Positions 53,801 through 64,000 of a DNA stretch of 64,000 nucleotides are shown in pieces; position 1 is the first letter of the stretch; every line of letters starts with the position of its first letter. The translations under genes were made by a program, and so were the position numbers. Below the pieces are notes generated by a model. The model ran no database searches. It saw nothing but the letters and a program-made list of their open reading frames with translations, and was not told the origin of the DNA. This DNA comes from Schmidtea polychroa (Eukaryota): the NCBI GenBank assembly GCA_044892525.1, contig CM097885.1:24244001-24308000 (forward strand). Direction: 5' to 3'.

Positions 53801-55808
53801 TATAATTTATATTTTATGAAGTTAAGTTAAATTTATAGTTTATATTTTAAAGCTAATATAATTTTATAATTTATATTTTTATGAAGTTAAATTTATAGTT
53901 TATATTTTAGAGCCCATATAATTTTATAATTTATACTTTTAAGTCTATAATTTATATTTGGTGAAGTTCAATTTATAGTTTATATTTCCAAAGCTAATAT
54001 AATTTTATAATTTATATTTTTATGAAGTTAAGATTATAATTTATAATTTTTATCGTCAATACAAATTTGTAATTTATAATTTCAAGAAATTAAATTTATA
54101 ATTTATACCTTTATAACTAATCGTAATTTACATTTTGAAGAAATTAAATCTATAAGTATAATTCACATTTTTATGAAATTGAGAGGATAATTTATACTGT
54201 TATGGGTTTACGATTTGAATTTTTATAGTTAGTTTAGAGTCTATTCAATTTAAAATCCAAGTCTTGCTGATGCGCATGTCGAACACCTTTATGAATACTA
54301 TCACTACTAAATCAATCATTTTTAAAAAATCTTTACTTTACACTATTACTAGAAAATTTATTTAAGACATTTATAAATCTAGATTCGACAAACGTATAGG
54401 TAGAGTTGGTTCTTGATGATATTTAACCGTCTACATTAATTGTGAATTGTAGAGTTGTGATTAATTTAGGTCTGAGATCTACTCTGTTTATCAACCTTAG
54501 TGTATTGTATTGTGATGATTTTGGATGTAGAGTTTAACTATGTAAATTATTCATGCATTGAAAGTCGGGAAGAGTGTTTGCTTTCGCGGCCCCACTGTGA
54601 CCACTACGACAAACCTTACTGTTGTGTGGTAAGTCAACCCTTTACGGCTGACCTATAATAAATAGGTAGAGTCAGACGGAGGATTTCATCGACTTAACTC
54701 CATGGCAGAACCATGAAGTGGTGCGACCTCCGAATGACCTGAACAAAAAAAAAAACAAATAATATTGATAAGTGCGTGCCAGGCAGTGGCCTGCAATCAT
54801 TGTGGGCTGTTTAATCATCGATGATAAAGTGCATAGGTGCAGGGTTGGCTGGGATCTCGCTTCAAAATCAATGATAACCGACGATCTCACTCAAACCTAC
54901 ATTTCTATAGTTAAAAAGAAATAATGAAAACAAGCTTTCAATAATAATAATTTATAATTCACAATGAAATCGTCCTTACCTACAATCTCAGAGAAATCAA
55001 AACCAAAAATTTTGCATAAGAGTAAAAATATTCATTTGCATTTTTTTTTCCTAGCTTTTAAAGTGACGAAATGTGTTAGTTTATATAGCCTCTGTTTGAC
55101 GTGTAAGTATACATGCGTGCATTGATGCAGTAAAACAAATTCAGATTATTTTAATTCTCGAACATTCGATTTTTAATTTTTATCGATTTTGATGGCGATT
55201 TTTCAGTAAGAATTTTTGTTTTTATTTTTGAAATTTTATTTTCGAATTATTTTTTATTAAATTTGCCTCCATGATAGATTTCAGCATTTCCAGAACAGTC
55301 CATGCTAAATTTAATCTATTTCTTATTTTTAAATTGTTTTTTATGATTTCTTTTCTAAAATATTTATTTTTTAAACTAAAATATTTATTTTTTATAAATT
55401 TTATTGGGTCGTTTGGCCGTCATGATGGATTTCGCCATTTTTATGAATTGTTCTGGATTTTTATTCAAAATATCGATATAATTTTCTTTACGTAAGATTT
55501 TATGAAGATTTTCTTTAATTTTCTTTTTTAATTTTTACTAATCGCCTTTATTCGAATTTGTTTTTTGTTGTTTTATGTCTTTCGGTTATATTTGAGTAAG
55601 TTTTCGTGTAATACTTCTTGCTCGTGTTTTATTTTATTTTTAATTCAGATGTTTTATTTTTGGGTATATTATCTCTCTATTATCATTGTTTACTTGGTGT
55701 TTTATATATTTTTATTTAAGTAAACTTAATGCTGGGTATGCGTGTTGTGTACTGACACATTTCGTCCCATTCCCAACTTTGGGTCTAGAAATCAGTTCTA
55801 GCCCAACA
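50822..55808 (-). repeat. Giant 4.99-kb LTR, family A; probable 3' LTR of the adjacent gag element
   Basis: Revcomp starts TGTTGGGCTAGAACTGA and ends CAGTAACCCACCA. Flanks (ATAG / TAAA) do not form a TSD. Same strand as, and downstream of, gag. Confidence 0.8.
53380..54170. repeat. AT-rich tandem array within LTR-A copy 3
   Basis: Recurring GAAGTTAAATTTATAGTTTATATTTTAAAGCTAATATAATTTTATAATTTATA units. Confidence 0.85.
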
Positions 55809-56124
55809 TAAAACACTCGGGGGCCCATAAAATTGCGACCCGCAATTTAATCAAAAGTTCAAGATATAATTAGACAGAATTGGTTGCACTGTATTACAAG
55901 TGCCTACATGTAATTGGGTCCACGAGCTACAGGGTCGTGACCTCAATACCCACATACATAAAAAGTTTCTACTGATACGCTACATGCTACAGATTGGTTT
56001 AAAGATGAAGAGAAAGAAGACCACGGTCGGTCCACACAAAATTTAATTAAATTGTTATGCTCAAATAATATCAAAGTAATATATAATATTGGCATCAAAT
56101 CACAATAATAGTCAAATCATATCA

Positions 56125-56335
56125 TTGTCGAATCATGTCAGGATCATTGTTAAATCACATCTAGATCATTTTCAGATCATTGTCAATCGAATCGGGATCA
56201 TTTTCAACACATAAATCATTTTCAGATCATTGTCAATTGAATCAGGATCATTGTCAACACATGATAAGAACATTGTCAATCAACTCAAGATTGTTGTCAT
56301 ATTATATCAGGATCATTGTCGGTTTATATCAGGAT
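56125..56335. repeat. Short degenerate GGATCATTGTCAA repeat cluster
   Basis: About 10 recurrences of an ATCATTGTC-like core. Confidence 0.75.
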
Positions 56336-58048
56336 TTAAATACTTGGTTGTTCGGGATCCCATCTCGATGACGGCTCTAGATTTGAAGGTTGTAGAAGAT
56401 AGATTTGATAGATTTAGTCTCTGGGTATTGGTTCTTCTATTAGAATGCGAATGCTTCGGAATTGTTCTTTCAACTTGAGTTTTTGTACTTTCATGGATTT
56501 GAGTGGGATTAAGGGCTATCAAGCTCAGTATTGTTATTTATCATGAGATTCGCTGTTAACAGGATCGGTACTGTTATGGATTCGGGGTTTTCTTTACATT
56601 CAAATTTTTTTTCTTCTTCTGCTGCCCTTGTTTTGATTGTCACTTCTTTCTTTAGCTCTCGTCACATGCTCACTGTTTTAATTAGTTGGATTGTATCAGT
56701 CGAGTTGAGTTCTTCTTCGAGGTTATTTGATTTAGTGTGTAGGTTTTTTTTTTTTTTTTTTTTTTTTTTGACAGTTGTCATTACTCCTTTCTAGATTTCC
56801 ATGAGCATCTTTATTAGGACATTTTAGTATACGAAGTCTGCGTTGAAGGTAGTTGATATTCTCATTTTTATTCCTTCTAACGTTTTGGTCATTGTCTCAT
56901 GGTTCATCGGGATTTTGTTCATAGTTGTTATTATTTCCATCTATATCTCTCTCAATGTTTTTATTTTTTCATCTTGAGTAATTAGCTTTTCTTTGACTGC
57001 GTTATTTACCCTTTCCTTTATTTCTTCGAGCGTCTTTGTTTCATAGTTGCTCGGACATTCGTTGACAGTCATCATTATTTTCTGCTTTATTTCTTCTAAG
57101 ATTTTTATTATTATTGTCATCTGGGGTGTGGCTGATTCTTGCTGTGGTTCTCTCTTTAACTTCTGCTTTTCTTGTTACAAGTCGTGTAGTACCTCCATGG
57201 CATAATCTACATCCATATAGGGTTTGACGTGCTCTTATTAATAATCTTTGTCCGCACACAATAGTCTCTCCTCGAATTCATCTGACTTGACCTAATATTT
57301 TCTTTTCAGCTCATAGTTAATAGTTTTGTTCCTCCACTTCTCTCCACTTTCTCTCGGCATTCTGCCATGATAGCGTTTAATCTCGGAGCTTCTACTTTGG
57401 CTATAATTTTGTTTGTTTACAGGGCTACTTTCCCTTCTTTTATGTCTCTCCTGTTGAGTCCGGTTCCCCAGTTCCTGGTAGGTCGGTTATCCACTCAACT
57501 TAACTCGTGATATCATCATGCTGACGGTCTTCGCGTAATCTCCTGATTTCTCCTGTCTACCGTTTTATTTGGCTTATCAACTGTTTGTTATTGTATTCTT
57601 ATTGTGCGATTATTTGTTGTTGCTCTTTTATTCTTGTTACATATATCGAGTTTCTATTGATGCTCTCCATTAACGCATTCTAATTACGTAACCGATATTC
57701 ATGGGTATGGTTTGTCATTTGATATTAATTCACATTGTGTTATTCACATTGATCCTGCTGACTAACTTGGTTGGTTTATCGTTGTACTTGTATCAATTTC
57801 TACTATTTATGTCTGATTAATGTTTACTAGTGGTTGATTTCCCAATTCAACAACATGTGGTATCCTCGTTTGATATACTTGATCCTCGTTTCTCTGATTC
57901 ATTTCTTATTTACAATACGTAGTTATCATACCCATTTTTTTTTGTACTTTTTTTTTTTTTTTTTTTTTTTTGAACATATTACTAATCTACTAAACTACTT
58001 TTACCCTCACGTTTATATACACACTATTTACATCGACTCATCACTTTC

Positions 58049-61000
58049 TTATACCATTGTTGCCAGGGGACCTGAATGCAATGTGCGCATTCCCCCATAT
58101 CTTTCATCCGTTAGCCGGTATATGTCAAATTCGTTTACCCAATCGTCTAGGGTTTGTATTCTGAGTAATTTTTGCGTCCATAGTCTGCTTGACCTTGGAT
58201 CTTCAATCGCTTCGTACTCTTCTGGATTCGGGTTTTCTGTTGGAATACCATATTCGGAATTCTCCACTTGTGGCCATTTTTTTCTGCCTTTAGGTTTTTG
58301 TTTACATATTTTGGAGGTTCTTATCCATTGGATTATTATTGATGTTATCACTGCACTCATTATTGCGCTAGCGATCCACATCATTTTAACGGTTATCAGT
58401 GTCTTGTTGTTGAATTTTCCTGTCGTCATCATCATTTTAGTTTCTGTTGTAGTGGCCTCCTGTGTTTTATTTTTCTTGAGCATCTGGTATAACTGTTTCG
58501 TTTCTTCTGCCGTTAGATGTTCGTTTCCTTTTGGCTTTTCCACTTCTTTTGGTTTTCTGGTTGCCAATGGTATGTTTTTCAACCGTGGTCGTTGTCTGGT
58601 TATTGCTTGGCATGAACTTAAATCGCTTCCGTTTTTAAGAACGCATATGTGGTATCGTCCCTTTCTTTCTCCTATTGTCATTTTAACTTCTGCACCTTTG
58701 TCAAGTAGTGTTTCTATGCAGTCGACTATTCCTGTCCTGTTTAGTACACATACTCTTACTATTGGTTCTTCACCTTGGTTTCTGACCGTGATTACTTCTT
58801 CTCTTTTCTTGTTGAATTCGACATTTACTAGTACTTCTCGTCTCTCATCTTTGATCCATATTACTGTTGTGTTTTTCTTGGTTTGGTGCTGTCCTCTTAT
58901 CATTCCCGTACGGGATTGTTTCTGGGGTTTCTTAATTGCCGGTTTGATCCTTGGTTGATATCGTTTACTAGCCATACTTTTTGGCCTGCTTTTTATTTGC
59001 GCGGTTTTAACTGCTTTACATACCACTATTGCCTGGGTACCTGCGCATACCACCATGTTGGTGTTTGGTTTTACGTTTGTCCAAAAAAATTCGCGATCTC
59101 GTTTCATGTCCACCGTTATACATATGTCTTCGTCATCTCTTCCATTGTAGCTTTAATTGCGACATGTACTCCGGTTTCGTTAGCTCTTTCCAATTCTTTT
59201 TCTTCTGATGTTATGTCTTCGCAAATGTTGTAGTCTCCGCATAATTCAGGTTCTCCATTTTGACTATTGAAAATCCTCCCTTTTGTTATCGTTCTAAAAT
59301 CACAACTTACTCCGGTTCCTTCCATCAATTGGATGCATATCCCGACCGCGTTTCCGTCGTTGCCGCTGACTTTTATCATGAATAGTTCGCCTTCTTTCAG
59401 ATTTCCTCTCGTAATTCGCGTATTTTTCGTTTCTGTTAGGCAAATTGACGTTAGTATTATTAGGATAATTTGTAGTAGGAGTGACTGGTTTAGATTCTTC
59501 CGCATTACTATGTTATGCAGTGGGGACTTTCGTTTGTCGTTCTCTGTTTCATTATGTAGGTTGTCATCACTTTGGTCTGAGTTGTCCTCAGTATCCTTCA
59601 AGTCTTCGTCGTCATCTTCTGACTCCTTGTCTTCTTTATTATCTCGTTCGCCTGAATTCCCATTTATGTTGTTCCTTTCATGGTTCCCGTCGTCTTCCTC
59701 ATTTTTGTCGTTATGGTCTTTGTCATTTTTTCCACTCCGGCCTTTTCCAAAAATGTCGTCTTCGACATGTGATGTTTTGATCATTTCTTCGTGTTTATTT
59801 AAATGACTATTCTTCAGTGATTCTCTTACTATTGTCACTTTTCTATTGGATGGCCATGGTAATTCTTGTTCACATCTGATTCTCTCGTATTCACCATATT
59901 TTGATATCAACTCCGTTGTTCGTTTATATTCAAATCCCATAATCTCAGTACCCCGTACGTCTTTGACAAACTGTTTCATTAGCTGCGGCCATCTTTCCCT
60001 AAATCTGTTAATATATTTCTTCGTTTGATCGATTGCTTGTTTTACTAAGATTATTTGATTTTCCTTCATAATCTTTCGTTCAATCTTTTCTATTTCTGGT
60101 TCCACTTCATTGTTGAATATCTGTTGGATTTTTCTCAGTATTTCCGTTACTGATTCGTTGTCTCTGTTTTTCTTTAAGATTAAGATATTAACTTCGTTTG
60201 GCCATATCATCACATCTACTAAATGTATGCTCATTTTAACTTTATAACCATTGTCGTATAGCTGTTTATTTTTATGACTTGTTCCCATCTTTTGTTGTAC
60301 CCAATTATACAGTTTATCGGTATTTGTTACTTTTAATTCAATAATCTGTATCTGAGTTTCAGGGTGTTGAATACTTACTTGGTATTGATCTGGATCAACT
60401 TCTTTCAATTTTCCTTTATATTTCGTCACCAAATCTTTCCATGTTGCCGTTAATATATCTCCTTCCCACTGGTATGCTTGAGTTATCAGTTTTATACATT
60501 TTCTGTATGTTGGTTCGTTGATATAGCTCTCATTTCGTTCTCTTTCCGATACCGTGTCGGAAATTTCCTCAAATATTTCCTCATCGTCATTTTCTATCAG
60601 TGATTTCATATCGTCGCTCTCACCCTCTTCGTTATTTTGAGGTGTTCCTTGTTCATTATTTTCATCACTTGATTGAGATAATGCACTTCTCAGACTACTC
60701 ATCGTACTTTTCTCGTCTTCCTGGTCCGTCTGATCCTTCTGTATTTGTCTCAGCATGTTTATATTGGCTCTGTTACTTGGTTCTTTCTTTTCGAACCACT
60801 CATTTTTCCTGAACCAGTTGTCTTTTACTTTTTCTTTTACTTGCTCATCCGTTAAATTTGGTTCTTCTCTTCTAATTCTATCTTCAATTTTTTGTAGTAA
60901 TACCCTCTGAATTCGATTCTTTGTAACAATCTCGTTGCTTTTTGGTTCGTGCCCTGTTTCATCACTTCTTCGTCTCTTTTCTTTTTCCTCTTTGGTGAAC

Positions 61001-62685
61001 TCTTGTATTATTTTTATTTTATCCTCGCTACTCAGTTCTGTCAATTGCTCCGTCAATTGATGTGACCCATTTTCTTTTATCGCTTTCGTCTCGTTGATTA
61101 CGGTTATATCGCTCCCTTCCTTGTTAACACACTGCTCCGCAGTGTGCGGTTCCCCTTTGTTCATTGATCTCATCATATTTATTCTTCCGGTGTTGGTTTC
61201 TCGCTTTTTCCATCTTTTTTGAATTTCTCTGGCTTTTTCGTTTAGTGGTCTCTGCCCTTCGATTCGTTGCTGGTCTTGTTGTTCTCTTGTTGGTCGTTTC
61301 CGGATATCCTCTGGTATCCGTTGGATCATCTTTTTCAACTGTTCAATTTTCTGCATGATGTTGATTTGTATATTTTGACTTGGATCGTTTGCTCTTGGTT
61401 GATTATGTTTTGTCTTCATCGCGCATTCTCTCGCCACATGTCCAAGTTGGTTGCAACTGTAGCAGGTTCTAGTCCTTCCTCCTCTCATCGACATCATTGG
61501 TCCTCGGCATATATTTTCTGTGTGACCCCTTTTACCGCAATTTTGGCACATCCTTGTCTTATAACACTCGTTGCTCCAATGTCCTAGTCGTTGACATATG
61601 TTACACTTCCGATTATTGTTCTCGTTGTTCCTGAAATTATTAGTATAAAATTGAATATTACCTCTGTTATCTGGATTTGTCATTTTTGGCGCCTTGAACA
61701 ACTGTTGCGATTCTGAGATAAATTGATTCATTCCTAGATTTCCATTGTTGGTTTGATTAATTTCGGTTGTCGTTGTTGGTGTTGTAGCTATTGGTACTGC
61801 TGCCATTGCTGCTACTTGTACTGGAGTCAAGTAGTTTTCACATTTATTAGCGATTTTTAATGCTTCCTCGAGCGTGTCTGGTGCTCGGCACCCCACTGTT
61901 GCTCGTATGTCCTTTCTTTTCATACCCTCTACGAATACGGCTATTATCTTGTCTTCCGGAACTGTTTGATTTGAATCGAATGCTTCTTTTGCCAGTCGTC
62001 TTAATTCACATGCATATAGAGCGTTTGACTCATTGTATTTCTGCTTTCGATGCAGAAAATCCAACATTTTGCGATTTACTTCCCTTTTGCTACCGAATGT
62101 TTTTATTAAAAAATTCTTTATTGATTTCCATGTTTTTAGTTTTGTTGCATCACACTTTGCCTCTAAATATACATCTTGTGCACTTCCTCTTAAATATAAT
62201 GGTATTCGCTCTCGTACGACTATGTCTGGCCAGTGACATATTGTAATATATACCTCGAATTCTTTTATAAACGTTTCTAGTTCATTAATATTCCCATCGA
62301 ATGGTTCTCCTCGAAATCTTTCTCTAAGTTCTCCAACATTGACATTAACATGGTTTATCTCTGGTGTGTATGTCAACTCTGACCCATTCGGGTTGTTCAC
62401 TTGGTTTCCGTCTAACATTATATCTCGACACGAACTTGTCATGCCTGAACTACTATCTTCCTTGTCTGTTGGTTTGATATCAGTTACCGGATATAATTCG
62501 TTTCTTTTAATATCGTCGCTGTTTTCACCTTCGTTGGTTAAGCTGTCTGATTCAAATAATGTTTTCACTGGCGCTGGTTTCTTATTGATTCTTCTGTTTC
62601 TCTTGGCTCTTTGTCTCTCTGCGTTTCCTAATAAACTAGAGCCTCCTTTACTCTGCAATCTCGTTCGATTGGCTTTTTTATCCAT
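58049..62685 (-). CDS. Gag polyprotein (capsid, 3 CCHC knuckles, UBL-like, acidic, signal, ectodomain, TM); frameshift near 59150
   Basis: IPLYLRGSAQDVY and RKQKYNESNALYACEL; knuckles CNICQRLGHWSNEC, CQNCGKRGHTENIC, CYSCNQLGHVAREC. Hydrophobic segments at ~59431-59480 and ~58325-58385. Confidence 0.8.
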
Positions 62686-63544
62686 CTTTCTCGCTTTAAT
62701 AATCTCTTTTGAATTTCACTGTGTTTCGTTGGCCAACGCTTTAATTTTCCTCTTGGTATTTAATTTGACTTTGTTTACCTTTCTTCTATCCTCGTTTGAT
62801 TCTCTTGATTCCTTATTTGTTTTCTTTTGAATTTTTGATTTCTCTTTATTTCTCTTGAATTCTTGGCTTGTATTGACTTCCTTCTGACTTATTGATTGAC
62901 TTATTCTAAAATAATTAACACTCCTAGTACATATCATAATATTTTATTCATTTTATCCTACCCTTCATTTATTTCCCTATTTTCTTTATTTTATACTACT
63001 CTTTACTCATTATTTCTCTCGCTGTTCCTTTTCTAATTCATGGTACGCTTTTACTTTTTGCTACTCACCCCCCTTTGAATTTAAGTCCATTTTTAATTAT
63101 CTATAACTCGTATCAATTATCTATATCGTCGTATCAATTATCTATCGTATAATCACAACATCAATTATATAATTCAAAAATATATATCATTAGTCATATA
63201 CATATAAAACTCATCAGTAACTTAATTAATATCTCCTCATTCGCTTTTCCCCATTCAAAAATTTGGTTTCATTTTCTCTTGCGCCGGCGCTCTATCATAA
63301 TTTTCCTTTAATCATTACCTCTTTGTCGCACTTAATCTATGTCAATTTAATCGATTTCATCTTAATCGTTTATCTCTTTTATTTCGTTCATAGTTAATCA
63401 TCGACGCTTCGGTTCGCGCGACCTCTACGTCTACATTTATTTACCATCGGCTCCCTGGCTGGTTTAATCACCTCTCTTATTTCATTTAAATCATTTATTT
63501 TCATTCAATTACCATCGGCTCTCTGGCCGGTTTAATCAACTCAT

Positions 63545-64000
63545 TTTAATCTCATGAAGTCTTTTACGACTCCTAGACGCCTGGGCTTTAACACCATTAC
63601 GCCATATAATTCACTATCAACCATCAACGCTTCGGTTTATTCGACCTCCGCGTCGGCATCGGCTTCCGGCCGGTTTAATTATACTTTTAATCTCCGAAGT
63701 CTTTTACGACTCCTAGACGCCTGGGTATTTACACCATTACGCCATATAATTCACTATCAACCATCAACGCTTCGGTTTATTCGACCTCCGCGTCGGCATC
63801 GGCTTCCGGCCGGTTTAATTATACTTTTAATCTTTGAAGTCTTTTACGACTCCTAGACGCCTGGGCTTTAACACCATTACGCCATATAATTCACTATCAA
63901 CCATCAACGCTTCGGTTTATTCGACCTCCGCGTCGGCATCGGCTTCCGGCCGGTTTAATTATACTTTTAATCTTTGAAGTCTTTTACGACTCCTAGACGC
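63545..64000. repeat. 140-bp tandem repeat (at least 3 copies, runs off the window)
   Basis: GAAGTCTTTTACGACTCC at 63556, 63696, 63836 and 63976. Confidence 0.95.

Larger units (their letters stand above)
55809..64000 (-). mobile_element. Internal region of a second Gypsy-like LTR element lacking pol in the window; 5' end outside the window
   Basis: gag polyprotein followed by decayed sequence and LTR-A; no RT/IN motifs seen. Confidence 0.7.

Noticed and set aside
59840..60170. Bcl-2-like domain in the second polyprotein
   Set aside because: Helical and in a comparable position, but no BH2 GGW or other BH motif is visible.
57834..62830. Plus-strand hydrophobic or Ser-rich ORFs (e.g. 57834-58958, 374 aa)
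   Set aside because: Antisense shadows of the A-rich gag polyprotein with no independent motifs.
63545..64000. Regular repeats as a CRISPR array
   Set aside because: Head-to-tail 140-bp units without unique spacers, no cas genes, eukaryotic context.

Overview
AT-rich, gene-poor eukaryotic DNA made almost entirely of nested transposable elements. No intact recognisable host gene, rRNA, tRNA or CRISPR array was found. The ~5-kb LTRs recall the giant Burro elements of planarians, but the host cannot be determined from this window. Main result: a Ty3/Gypsy-like LTR element (14329-21962; ~1.05-kb near-identical LTRs, CAAC TSD, tRNA-Trp PBS, PPT) that lacks pol. It carries one interrupted polyprotein: Gag capsid, 3 zinc knuckles, two ubiquitin-like domains, acidic linker, Bcl-2-like domain, hydrophobic anchor/signal and a chuvirus-like fusion glycoprotein. 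A second pol-less element (minus strand, 50822 to beyond 64000) follows the same plan (Gag, UBL, acidic, signal, membrane protein) but ends in a different, unrecognised Tyr-tailed membrane protein. It has a ~5-kb LTR, and two more copies of that LTR family are nested at 3652-13664. These giant LTRs carry small, probably spliced genes (an AT-hook protein and a coiled-coil/basic protein) and conserved hairpin blocks. The rest comprises hAT, Tc1/mariner, pogo, MULE and Helitron elements or relics, MITEs, (TA)n and tandem repeats, an eIF3a-like fragment and an ORF with three 81-aa repeats. All domain calls are by-eye motif matches, not database results.
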